This document shows positions 41,194-50,617 of a stretch of 64,000 nucleotides of DNA, in pieces. Source of the stretch: Bacteroidales bacterium (GTDB taxonomy: Bacteria > Bacteroidota > Bacteroidia > Bacteroidales > UBA932); assembly GCA_034003005.1 (NCBI GenBank), contig JAVEZL010000002.1, positions 12,861 through 76,860 of the forward strand, given 5' to 3'. Each line of letters begins with the position of its first letter. Position 1 is the stretch's first letter. A model generated the notes under the pieces. It made no database searches, was not told the DNA's origin, and saw nothing but the letters and a program-made list of their open reading frames with translations. Both the position numbers and the translations under genes were made by a program.

Positions 41194-41964
41194 ATGGGAA
41201 TACGAAAGAAGATATCTCTGGGTTTCGTAGTTATTGGAGCAATTTTATTCCTTTCAAGTCTGATAGCCATATTTGAATTCAACAGAATGCGTCACTCTGT
41301 CGCTGCCCTGATGACGGATAACATTAACAGTATCAATACCTCCAGACTACTGTTAGAACTTACTGACGAATACAACTTCACACTACTTAGCAGCGTTATT
41401 CTGGATTCAGTTATGGATTCAGATAAGGTCTTGTATGACAAGAGATTTGAGGATTATATTGCCAATATTAAAAGCAAATTTGTTTCTCAGTCTGAGGTCT
41501 CTGTAGCCGATTCTCTTACAATAGCCTACAATAATTATCTTGAAGTTATTGCTAAAGCAGCATCTGTTATGACCTTAAAAAAGGAGGAGAGGAGTTCCTG
41601 GTATAAAAATGAGCTTGTACCTGCATACAATCAATTGTTAAAGCACAAAAGAGGACTTGGACTTCTGACTCAAGGAGCTCTGGCGGAAAATACAGCTCAT
41701 CTTCAGGAGGGTTTTTATCGTAGTATAATGCCAGGTATCATTGCTGTTGCAGCAGGTATTCTTCTGGTTCTGTTGTTTAATTATTTTATTAATCTCTATT
41801 TTATTTCGCCAATTTTGCTTATATCAAGAGGGCTAAAGAGTTATAAAGAGTTTAATAAAAGTTATAATGTTAATTTTGATAATGATGATGAAATTCAGGA
41901 TCTTAATTCAGAAATTAAGACTCTCTTAGATGAACATAAGAATTTGAAAAAATCCAGAGAATGA
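41194..41964 (+). CDS. Membrane protein: TM, periplasmic four-helix-bundle-like domain, TM, HAMP-like tail; no output domain
   Basis: MGIRKKISLGF+TM1, ~150-aa helical region, TM2, then ISP...DEIQDLN HAMP-like end. TATATTTG box at 41169-41176. Confidence 0.65.
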   Translation: MGIRKKISLGFVVIGAILFLSSLIAIFEFNRMRHSVAALMTDNINSINTSRLLLELTDEYNFTLLSSVILDSVMDSDKVLYDKRFEDYIANIKSKFVSQSEVSVADSLTIAYNNYLEVIAKAASVMTLKKEERSSWYKNELVPAYNQLLKHKRGLGLLTQGALAENTAHLQEGFYRSIMPGIIAVAAGILLVLLFNYFINLYFISPILLISRGLKSYKEFNKSYNVNFDNDDEIQDLNSEIKTLLDEHKNLKKSRE

Positions 41965-43403
41965 ATCTTAAAAATGTAGCAAGAAATATTGGATTGGCCC
42001 TGCTGCTGAATGCAATTTTTATGTTCATTTCTGCGGCTGTATCAATATTTTATGGTTTAGACAATTCATTTTCTCCATTGATTCTAAGTGGAATAATTAC
42101 ATCTATTGTAGCATCATTCCCTTTAATATTCGTAAGCAAGTCCTCAGAAATTAATGCAAAGGAGGGTTTAGTGATAGTTGTTCTATCCTGGATTTTATCA
42201 TGCTTATTTGGGATGTTACCTTACATTTTATACGGTGGAGAGTTTTCAATAATTAATTCTTGGTATGAGAGTGTTTCAGGGTATACAACAACAGGAGCAA
42301 CCATTTTGGTAGATGTTGAATCTTTGCCTAAAGGTTTGTTGTTCTGGAGGGCATCTACGCATTGGCTTGGTGGTATGGGAGTTGTTTTGTTTATGCTTCT
42401 AATTCTTCCTTCAATTTCAGCATCCAAAATGCTTAGTAAGTTTGAAATTTCATCGTTGTCAAAAGATAATTTCAGATTTAGAGCTCAGCAAACAGTAAGG
42501 GTAATTTCTACTGTTTATCTTGGACTTACTTTTCTTGAAACTATTTTACTGACACTTGCCGGAATGGATTTTTTTGATGCAATATGCCATTCATTTGCTA
42601 CGATTGCTACCGGTGGATTCAGTACAAAGAACTTATCCCTTGCATATTATGATTCAGCGCTAATTGACTCCATTGTGATGGTTTTCATGCTTCTATCAGG
42701 AATGCACTTTGGATTACTATATAGTGCATCTCTTGGAAAGGTTAGACCACTTTGGAAATCGCCAGTGATACGGTATTATCTTGCTTCAATTTTTGTTATC
42801 TCACTAATTATTACAGTCACTCTTAAGATAAATGGGATTGAGGATGATTGGTTACATGCAGCAAGACATGCTTTTTTCCAGGTGATTTCTGTTGGAACAA
42901 CAACAGGCTTTGCTAGCGCTGACTCCAGTATATGGCCATCTTTTGCAATTTTATTAATGATTTTCCTCACTTTTCAGTGTGCTTGTTCGGGATCCACGAC
43001 TGGAGGTATAAAAGTAGATAGAATTCTCATTTTTTACAAAGCATTTAAAGCTCAGGTTAAAAAACAAATACACCCTAATGCAGTGGTTCCAGTAAAACTT
43101 GGAGATCAGGTTCTGGACAGGGAGATGGTTACATCTGCATCACTATTTATTGTCCTGTATATCTCTATTGTTTTTTTAGTAACTCTTATCCTGGCTTTTT
43201 TGGGAGTGGATTTGCTGGATGCTTTCACTGCTTCTGCTGCTAATATGGGCAATGTGGGACCCGGTTTTGGAACTGTAGGTTCTCTCGGAAATTATTCTCA
43301 AATCCCCGCAATGGGTAAATTTGTTCTTTCAGTTCAGATGTTGATGGGACGTGTTGAGATATACTCGATGTTACTGATTGTTCTTGTATTCAGAAAAAGA
43401 TAA
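41961..43403 (+). CDS. trkH: Trk system potassium uptake protein TrkH
   Basis: Pore-loop motifs SGYTTTG, ATGGFS, TTTGF, GNVGPG; GSTTGGIK; GRVE. Confidence 0.93.
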   Translation: MNLKNVARNIGLALLLNAIFMFISAAVSIFYGLDNSFSPLILSGIITSIVASFPLIFVSKSSEINAKEGLVIVVLSWILSCLFGMLPYILYGGEFSIINSWYESVSGYTTTGATILVDVESLPKGLLFWRASTHWLGGMGVVLFMLLILPSISASKMLSKFEISSLSKDNFRFRAQQTVRVISTVYLGLTFLETILLTLAGMDFFDAICHSFATIATGGFSTKNLSLAYYDSALIDSIVMVFMLLSGMHFGLLYSASLGKVRPLWKSPVIRYYLASIFVISLIITVTLKINGIEDDWLHAARHAFFQVISVGTTTGFASADSSIWPSFAILLMIFLTFQCACSGSTTGGIKVDRILIFYKAFKAQVKKQIHPNAVVPVKLGDQVLDREMVTSASLFIVLYISIVFLVTLILAFLGVDLLDAFTASAANMGNVGPGFGTVGSLGNYSQIPAMGKFVLSVQMLMGRVEIYSMLLIVLVFRKR

Positions 43404-43411
43404 TTGAGTAT

Positions 43412-44851
43412 ATGTCACTTTCTGATTTTTTAGAAAAGAAGATGCTGGAGGGATTGGGATTTGAACCCACTTCATGCCAGGTGGATTTAATAAAAAAACT
43501 TTCTGAGTACATTCTTTCTTCTGGTGCCTCACCGCTTCCAGGTGGTAAAGAGATAATGATAATTAATGGTTATGCAGGCACCGGTAAAACATCGGTTTTA
43601 GCATCATTGGTAAAGGTTCTGGATCAATTTGAACGGAATTCTATTTTACTTGCACCTACAGGCCGGGCTGCAAAAGTATTAAGTGGTTATACAGGTAAAA
43701 GGGCTTTCACAATACACAAACATATCTATAGACAGCGATCAATGAGTGATGGTCTGGGACTTTTTAGCCTGAATATAAATCAGAATAAAGACACAATTTA
43801 CATTGTTGATGAGGCTTCACTTATTTCAAATGAGAGTGACGGATCATCATTCGGATCCGGTCATCTTCTAGATGATCTTATTCAATATGTATATTCTGGA
43901 GATGGGAATAAACTTATTCTTACAGGTGATTCAGCACAGTTGCCACCTGTAGGATTTGACTTTTCTGAAGCACTGGATCATAATTCAATGAAAAAATATG
44001 GCCCTGTTCATTATACACAATTAAGGAGTGTTGTAAGGCAGGCAAAAGATTCTGGGATACTACACAACGCTACAATTTTAAGAAACCTGATTGAAAAGGG
44101 TTCTCAGATAAGACCCTCTTTTGAAATTGACGGCTTCAGCGATGTTAGAAGGATAACTGGCGGAGATTTAATAGAACAGCTGGAGAGTTCATTTAGTAAA
44201 TGGGGAGAGGATGATACTCTGGTCCTTTGCAGGTCTAATAAAAGGGCAAATAGGTACAATAGCGGTATAAGGTCGTCAGTGTTATTCAGGGAGGAGAGAG
44301 TGGGAAGAGGTGATAAACTGATGATTGTAAAGAATTGCTATCAGTTTCTCGAAGATGCCCAAAATATTGGTTTTATTGCAAATGGTGACGTAGCTGAATT
44401 GTTAAAGATATCAAACTATGAAGAGAGGTACGGACTAACCTTTGCAGAAGCTACACTCTCTTTTCCGGATTACGATAATCTTGAAATTAAAGCTAAAATC
44501 ATTTTAGATACATTAGAGAGTGAAACAGCATCTCTCGGCTCAGAGCAGCAAAAAAGACTTTTTGCTGAGATTATGGAAGATTATTCTCATATAAAGACAA
44601 AACGTAAAAGGATTGCAGCTGTAAGGGAGGATAGGTACTTTAATGCTCTTCAGGTGAAATTTGCATCGGCTATAACTTGTCATAAGTCCCAGGGTGGCCA
44701 GTGGTCAGCCGTTTTTATTGATAACCCTTTCTGGAGGGATGATATATCGCTTGATGATCTGAAGTGGCTATATACAGCTATTACCAGAGCAACAGATATG
44801 ATCTATTTTGTTAACTTTAACGACTCTTTTTTTAGAAAAAATAATTATTGA
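43412..44851 (+). CDS. SF1B ATP-dependent DNA helicase (RecD-like)
   Basis: GYAGTGKT, APTGRAA, TIH, VDEAS, GDSAQLPPV, VVRQ, NGD, AITCHKSQG, LYTAITRA. Confidence 0.88.
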   Translation: MSLSDFLEKKMLEGLGFEPTSCQVDLIKKLSEYILSSGASPLPGGKEIMIINGYAGTGKTSVLASLVKVLDQFERNSILLAPTGRAAKVLSGYTGKRAFTIHKHIYRQRSMSDGLGLFSLNINQNKDTIYIVDEASLISNESDGSSFGSGHLLDDLIQYVYSGDGNKLILTGDSAQLPPVGFDFSEALDHNSMKKYGPVHYTQLRSVVRQAKDSGILHNATILRNLIEKGSQIRPSFEIDGFSDVRRITGGDLIEQLESSFSKWGEDDTLVLCRSNKRANRYNSGIRSSVLFREERVGRGDKLMIVKNCYQFLEDAQNIGFIANGDVAELLKISNYEERYGLTFAEATLSFPDYDNLEIKAKIILDTLESETASLGSEQQKRLFAEIMEDYSHIKTKRKRIAAVREDRYFNALQVKFASAITCHKSQGGQWSAVFIDNPFWRDDISLDDLKWLYTAITRATDMIYFVNFNDSFFRKNNY

Positions 44852-44855
44852 TAAT

Positions 44856-46955
44856 ATGAATAGTATTTACAAGAGAATTCTCTCACCTCTTACACTGATT
44901 TTAGTCTCTCTTTCTTTAAATTCTCAGGATTTGAAACAACTCTCAACTGTTCTTTCCTGGAAAGATAATTCTACCATCCTTATGGTTCGAATGGAAAAGG
45001 ATAAAAGAGTTTATCAAGAGTATGACATAATCGACAGAAATATTAATGAAGTTGAGAAACCGGCTGATGTGGCCAAGGCCTCAGTAGTTGTAAGAACTGG
45101 AGATGTCTACTATATTTCTGAAACCGGAGATGAGATTAGGGTTACCAATACTAAGTCAGAGGAGAAGAATCCGGAACTATCTCCTGATGGAAAATTAATC
45201 GCTTTTACCAGAGACAATGATTTATTCACTGTAAAAATTGACGGAACTAATGAGGTTCGATACACATCAGATGGCTCAGATCTTATTATGAATGGATGGG
45301 CCTCATGGGTGTATTTTGAAGAGATATTAGGCAGACCATCTCGTTATAAAGCTTTTTGGTGGTCACCGGATAGCAAAACAATTGCTTTCATGAGATTTGA
45401 CGACTCTAATGTACCAATGTTTCCTATATATGAGCCATCAGGTAAGCATGGGTCAATTGTAAGGACAAGATATCCCAAGGCTGGAGATGAAAATCCACTA
45501 GTAAGTATGGGTTTCGCCCATATTTCAGATGGTAAAGTGTTATGGGCTGATTTCAATGAGAAAGATGATCAATATTTTGGAACTCCATACTGGAATAGTA
45601 ATTCCAATGAGCTTCTTGTTCAGTGGATGGACAGAGAGCAAAGTAATTTCTTATTGTACTCTGTTAACCGTAATGATGGTTTAAAAAGAGTTGTTTATAA
45701 GGAGCATCAGGAGACTTGGATAGACTGGCTTGAGGAGGTTCGGTTTGGTGCAGATGGGTTCTACTTTGTAAGAGACTTTGAGTTGTGGGAAAATATTTAC
45801 TATCAAAGTTATGATGGAAAAGAGTTTTGTAGATTAACTGATGGGAAAAACTGGGGAATAAGATTTGCTGATTTTGATGAAAGCGCGAAGAAGTTGTTCT
45901 TTACCGCGAGAAGGGAGACATCTGAAAGGAATGATTTTTATCTACTCTCATGGAATAAAAACATGAAAAAGAGTGAGGTTAAGCGTTTGTCGAAAGGTGA
46001 GTGGAATTTCTCTTCAGTATATCTTTCCCCTGATCAAAAGAATTTCGTGGCTAATGTTTCATCTGTGAAAGACCCAACAACTACTATTGTTATGTCTCTT
46101 GGAAAAGGCGGGGTTGCTAAGGAGGGTGAATTTATTGTTGTCCAGGATGCTGCTGAGGGTGTGGATTTAAACACTCTTCCTGTAGCAGAGATGTTGTTTA
46201 TAACTACTGAAGATGGATACAGATTGCCTGCGTCTGTCATTTGGCCTGAGAAACTGGATAAAGAGAAAAAATATCCTGTAATAGTTAATATGTACGGTGG
46301 TCCAAATTCGGGAACTGTTATGGATTCGTGGAGAAATCCTTCAGAGGAGACAAAGTTTTGGTACAAAAAAGGGGTAATTCAAATTAATATTGACCACAGA
46401 GCTTCAGGACATTGTGGTAAGGAAGGGCTTAATTTTATTCATAGAAATCTTGGGAAACAGGAGATGTCAGACTATATAACATGGGCAAAATATTTAATTT
46501 CTTTGCCTTTTGTGAACTCTCAGAAGATTGGAATTACCGGCTTCTCATACGGAGGAACCATGACTTTACTGGCATTGACAGAGGGTGCTGAATACTTCAG
46601 ATACGGGGTTGCCGGAGGTGGCGTTTACGACTGGCATCTTTATGATAGCCATTATACAGAGAGGTATATGGATACACCTCAAAAGAATCCGGAGGGCTAC
46701 AAAAGCACATCTGTACTCGGAAAGATTTCCAAATACAGAAGTGAATCGGGCTCCAGATTGTATATTACTCATGGGACATCAGATGATAATGTTCATTTTC
46801 AAAATACACTTCAGTTAGTTGACGCTTTGCAGAGGTCTGGTAAACAGTTTGATTTGATGATATATCCCGGTGCTATGCATGGCTACAGAGGTTTGCAATC
46901 TGTTCATGACAGGGAGGCTACAAGGACCTTCTGGCTTAAACATCTGTTTGATTAA
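44856..46955 (+). CDS. Dipeptidyl peptidase IV (S9B family)
   Basis: Signal peptide, WVYFEE, YPKAG, YGGP, GFSYGG (Ser), DDNVH (Asp), GAMHG (His). Confidence 0.9.
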   Translation: MNSIYKRILSPLTLILVSLSLNSQDLKQLSTVLSWKDNSTILMVRMEKDKRVYQEYDIIDRNINEVEKPADVAKASVVVRTGDVYYISETGDEIRVTNTKSEEKNPELSPDGKLIAFTRDNDLFTVKIDGTNEVRYTSDGSDLIMNGWASWVYFEEILGRPSRYKAFWWSPDSKTIAFMRFDDSNVPMFPIYEPSGKHGSIVRTRYPKAGDENPLVSMGFAHISDGKVLWADFNEKDDQYFGTPYWNSNSNELLVQWMDREQSNFLLYSVNRNDGLKRVVYKEHQETWIDWLEEVRFGADGFYFVRDFELWENIYYQSYDGKEFCRLTDGKNWGIRFADFDESAKKLFFTARRETSERNDFYLLSWNKNMKKSEVKRLSKGEWNFSSVYLSPDQKNFVANVSSVKDPTTTIVMSLGKGGVAKEGEFIVVQDAAEGVDLNTLPVAEMLFITTEDGYRLPASVIWPEKLDKEKKYPVIVNMYGGPNSGTVMDSWRNPSEETKFWYKKGVIQINIDHRASGHCGKEGLNFIHRNLGKQEMSDYITWAKYLISLPFVNSQKIGITGFSYGGTMTLLALTEGAEYFRYGVAGGGVYDWHLYDSHYTERYMDTPQKNPEGYKSTSVLGKISKYRSESGSRLYITHGTSDDNVHFQNTLQLVDALQRSGKQFDLMIYPGAMHGYRGLQSVHDREATRTFWLKHLFD

Positions 46956-47896
46956 AGCATTGCAAGAAGCATTAGTTCATCATATAGCTCCCATTCAAGA
47001 GATTCATCTCCTCTTAGACTCTTGTCAGCAAGAATTTCGTATGGTTTGAATACTACTCCACTATTGTTTGTTGAGGCAGCATGGTAGTTAGTAACAACCA
47101 TTCCGGAAGTTATTGTATACTTTTGCTCACTATTATCCCTTTTATTCTTAACAGTGACGTCAATATCAGACCTTGAAAAGTCGTAGTACCATTTTCCGTT
47201 ATATTTTTTATAGCCAACAACATATTTTGCTTCATTAACTTTTATCTTAAGGTGAGATGGTTTGTTTTTAATAAATGCAAGATATGCGTCACCTCTGTCT
47301 TCTACGTTCATACTGAATTCAACTTTTGCAACAGCATGAGATTCAGAATCAATGTAGATTTTTCCTTTATAAAAGATTTCATCACATGCCTGTTTTTGGT
47401 CAAACTTTACAACATAGAATATCTTGCCATCTTGTTCAACAGGAGTGTCATATTCAAAAAGATACATGTCATCAAATTTCCTTACATCACAACCAGGGAG
47501 GGAATATTTCATAATATCCAGTCTCGCTACATTGGTAGGACCTCCCTGAAGTTTGAATACAAAAGGGTCATTTGTTACACTATTACTCTTCCTTATCTTT
47601 TTTACAAGTATCTTATCATTCTTAACAGAAAGATATGATGCTTTTTCAACATCAATAAGAGCTTCGTTTAGTGAAACAGTGTAGGAGTCTTTCTGGATAG
47701 TCTCTTTGTAGTATGCAGATAATTTTGAGTCCTCTTTTTCATAATTTTTGGATACATTGTTAAATGCCTCCTTTACCAGAATACTAGCGTCGTATTTGGG
47801 GTTTTTTACATGAGGTGCATCTGTTGCTGCGAATGAGCTTATTGATGCAGTTGCCATAGTGATGGCTAAAGTGAGGGAGCAAATTTGTGTTTTCAT
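46952..47896 (-). CDS. Secreted hypothetical protein, 314 aa
   Basis: MKTQICSLTLAITMATASISSFA signal peptide, NY...AYYKE and GKIYID..S.AV motifs seen in Bacteroidota exported proteins. Function not recognised. Confidence 0.7.
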   Translation of the reverse strand: MKTQICSLTLAITMATASISSFAATDAPHVKNPKYDASILVKEAFNNVSKNYEKEDSKLSAYYKETIQKDSYTVSLNEALIDVEKASYLSVKNDKILVKKIRKSNSVTNDPFVFKLQGGPTNVARLDIMKYSLPGCDVRKFDDMYLFEYDTPVEQDGKIFYVVKFDQKQACDEIFYKGKIYIDSESHAVAKVEFSMNVEDRGDAYLAFIKNKPSHLKIKVNEAKYVVGYKKYNGKWYYDFSRSDIDVTVKNKRDNSEQKYTITSGMVVTNYHAASTNNSGVVFKPYEILADKSLRGDESLEWELYDELMLLAML

Positions 47897-47934
47897 TGTA
47901 GTGGGTTTTTGCAGTTTTTTTAATTTCTGCATTA

Positions 47935-47963
47935 TAGACGACCCCTTACATGAAAAAGTTGCA
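47935..47963 (-). promoter_or_regulatory. Putative ECF-sigma promoter
   Basis: Minus strand TGCAAC-N17-CGTCTA, ending 38 nt upstream of the ATG at 47896. Confidence 0.6.
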
Positions 47964-47980
47964 AGAATATTTTTTAGGAA

Positions 47981-48853
47981 TTATAATATATTGAGTGATT
48001 GTTCTTTAATCTTTTCCAGTTCCTCTTTCATTCCAACAACTATTCTCTGAATCTCTGCAAAATTAGCTTTAGAGCCGAGAGTATTTATCTCTCTGCCAAT
48101 TTCCTGAGTAATAAAGCCAAGCTTTTTCCCTGGCATTTGCTCTGTTTCAATCGTCTGAATAAAATAATCACAATGTTGCTTTAATCTTACTTTTTCCTCT
48201 GTAATATCAAGCTTTTCCAGGTAGTAAATTATCTCTTGCTCAAATCTGTTTTCATCTGCCTTTAATCCGGATTCTGCAAATTTTGAAAGTAATTTACCTC
48301 TTACTGCTTCATTTCTGACTACATCAAGAGTCTCTGTTTTAGCAAGGAGTGCCAGAATTATCGAAACTCTCTCTCTTATATCGTATTCAAGCTTTGCACC
48401 TTCAGATGCACGAAAATGATTAAGTGACTCAGCTGCGCGTACGATACAATCTTTTAGTTGAGGCCAGCAGGTTTCAGCGTCTAATGGCTTGTTTGCTTCT
48501 GTAACATCAGGCATCTTTAGTACAACCGGAAGTAATTCACTATCACTAGATTTTATACCCAGCTTATCACATAGCTCACTAATCTGCATCCAATAAGATT
48601 TAAACACTTCTGTATTTATGTGTTTACCCATGCTCTCTTCTGAACTCTCAAGTGAAATATATAGGTCAATGCTACCTCTGCCTAATATGCCTGATAATAA
48701 TTGTCTTATTTCTAACTCTTTATCTCTTGGAATAAACTGGGTTTTAAGATTAATATCTGTATTTTTTCCATTAACAGATTTAATCTCAACAGTAAATTTT
48801 CCTGCATCAGTTATTGCTTCTGCTTTTCCGAAGCCTGTCATAGACATGAGCAT
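47981..48853 (-). CDS. yicC: YicC family endoribonuclease
   Basis: SMTGFG, EIKSVN, RG, EG, DITEEKVRL, GKKLGF..QE..REINTLGSK. Confidence 0.93.
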   Translation of the reverse strand: MLMSMTGFGKAEAITDAGKFTVEIKSVNGKNTDINLKTQFIPRDKELEIRQLLSGILGRGSIDLYISLESSEESMGKHINTEVFKSYWMQISELCDKLGIKSSDSELLPVVLKMPDVTEANKPLDAETCWPQLKDCIVRAAESLNHFRASEGAKLEYDIRERVSIILALLAKTETLDVVRNEAVRGKLLSKFAESGLKADENRFEQEIIYYLEKLDITEEKVRLKQHCDYFIQTIETEQMPGKKLGFITQEIGREINTLGSKANFAEIQRIVVGMKEELEKIKEQSLNIL

Positions 48854-48884
48854 AGTGAGTGGTTTTAGTTGTTGTATGGTATCG

Positions 48885-48913
48885 CAAAGTTAAGCAAGAA
48901 ATCTTTATATTTG
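48885..48913. promoter_or_regulatory. Divergent -7 boxes for yicC and glnS
   Basis: TAACTTTG (minus, 48885-48892) and TATATTTG (plus, 48906-48913). Confidence 0.7.
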
Positions 48914-48932
48914 CGGTTCAAAACGAAATAGT

Positions 48933-50606
48933 ATGGAAGTGATCAAAAGTGTAGAGGCAGAGGAGCGTCAGCTCAATTTTTTGGAAGAGATTATCGAAAA
49001 GGATTTGGCAGATGGGAAACATCAGTCAATTCTTACAAGATTTCCGCCAGAACCTAACGGATACTTGCATATAGGTCACGCAAAGAGCATTTGCCTTAAC
49101 TTTGGTCTTGCAAAGAAATACGGAGGGAAAACTAACCTTAGGTTTGATGACACCAATCCTACAAAAGAGGATGTAGAGTATGTGGACTCAATAAAAGAGG
49201 ACGTTAAATGGCTTGGATTTGACTGGGCTTCAGAATTATATGCTTCAGACTATTTCGAACAACTTTATGAATGGGCTAAAGTTTTAATAAAAAAAGGTTT
49301 TGCATACGTAGATGATCAGACTCAAGAGCAAATAAGAGAAAACAGGGGTACTGTAACAAGTGCAGGTAAGCCAAGCCCGTGGAGAGAGAGAAGTGTTGAA
49401 GAGAATCTTGATCTTTTTGAAAGAATGAGAAATGGTGAGTTTACTGATGGAGAGAGAGTATTAAGGGCTAAGATAGATATGTCTCACAGCAATATGCTTA
49501 TGAGGGATCCTATTCTTTACAGAATAATTCATACACATCACCACAGAACAGGCGATAGCTGGTGTATATATCCTATGTATGATTATGCACATGGTCAGAG
49601 CGACTCTATAGAGAGGATTACTCATTCTATCTGTACACTTGAATTTGATGTTCACAGACCATTGTATGATTGGTTTATTGATAAGTTAGATATATTCCCT
49701 TCAAAGCAGTATGAGTTTGCAAGATTAAATCTCACTTTTACTGTAATGTCCAAAAGAAAGCTTTTAGAGCTTGTTAAAAGCGGTTATGTGAAGGGATGGG
49801 ATGATCCCAGAATGCCTACTATCTGTGGTTTAAGAAGAAGAGGATACACCCCGGAAAGTATAAGAATGTTCGCAGACAAAGTTGGTGTTGCAAAAAGAGA
49901 CAATATAATTGACTTTTCACTACTTGAGTGGTGTGTCAGAGAGGATCTTAACAAACGCGCAAACAGATATATGACTGTTATAGATCCCATAAAACTAACT
50001 ATATCAAACTATCCAGATAATAAGGTTGAATTATTTACTGCTCCTGTTAACCAGGAAAACCCGGAAGCAGGACTTCGTGATATTCCATTCTCAAAAGAGC
50101 TTTTCATTGAGAGAGAAGATTTTATGGAAGAACCACCAAAAAAATATTTCAGGCTTAGACCAGGTGGCGAGGTTAGGCTAAAGTACTCTTATATAATAAA
50201 ATGTGAAAACATTATAAAGGATCACGCTGGTAATATTACTGAGATAATATGTACTTATGATCCTGACAGCAAACCTGGGACAGGGGAGTGGAGGTCAGTA
50301 AAAGGGACAATACATTGGGTATCTGTTAAGCATGCTGTTAAATCCGAGCTCAGACTCTTTGAAAGACTCTTTACCGAGGCAGATATGGACTCACTTCCAG
50401 AGGGAAAGAGCTATACAGATTTTATTAATCCTGATTCACTTATAATCAAAACAGGCTTCTCTGAACCAGCAATTATTAAAGATAAATCTGACACAGCAGT
50501 ACAGTTTGAAAGAAATGGCTATTTTGTAAAGGATATTGATTCAGCAGATGATAAGCTGGTATATAACAAGACGGTAGGATTAAAATCTAACTGGACTCAA
50601 TCTTAG
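48933..50606 (+). CDS. glnS: Glutamine--tRNA ligase
   Basis: TRFPPEPNGYLHIGH, RFDDTNP, MSKRKL, WDDPRMPT, QFERNGYF. Confidence 0.97.
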   Translation: MEVIKSVEAEERQLNFLEEIIEKDLADGKHQSILTRFPPEPNGYLHIGHAKSICLNFGLAKKYGGKTNLRFDDTNPTKEDVEYVDSIKEDVKWLGFDWASELYASDYFEQLYEWAKVLIKKGFAYVDDQTQEQIRENRGTVTSAGKPSPWRERSVEENLDLFERMRNGEFTDGERVLRAKIDMSHSNMLMRDPILYRIIHTHHHRTGDSWCIYPMYDYAHGQSDSIERITHSICTLEFDVHRPLYDWFIDKLDIFPSKQYEFARLNLTFTVMSKRKLLELVKSGYVKGWDDPRMPTICGLRRRGYTPESIRMFADKVGVAKRDNIIDFSLLEWCVREDLNKRANRYMTVIDPIKLTISNYPDNKVELFTAPVNQENPEAGLRDIPFSKELFIEREDFMEEPPKKYFRLRPGGEVRLKYSYIIKCENIIKDHAGNITEIICTYDPDSKPGTGEWRSVKGTIHWVSVKHAVKSELRLFERLFTEADMDSLPEGKSYTDFINPDSLIIKTGFSEPAIIKDKSDTAVQFERNGYFVKDIDSADDKLVYNKTVGLKSNWTQS

Positions 50607-50617
50607 GGATTAAGACA

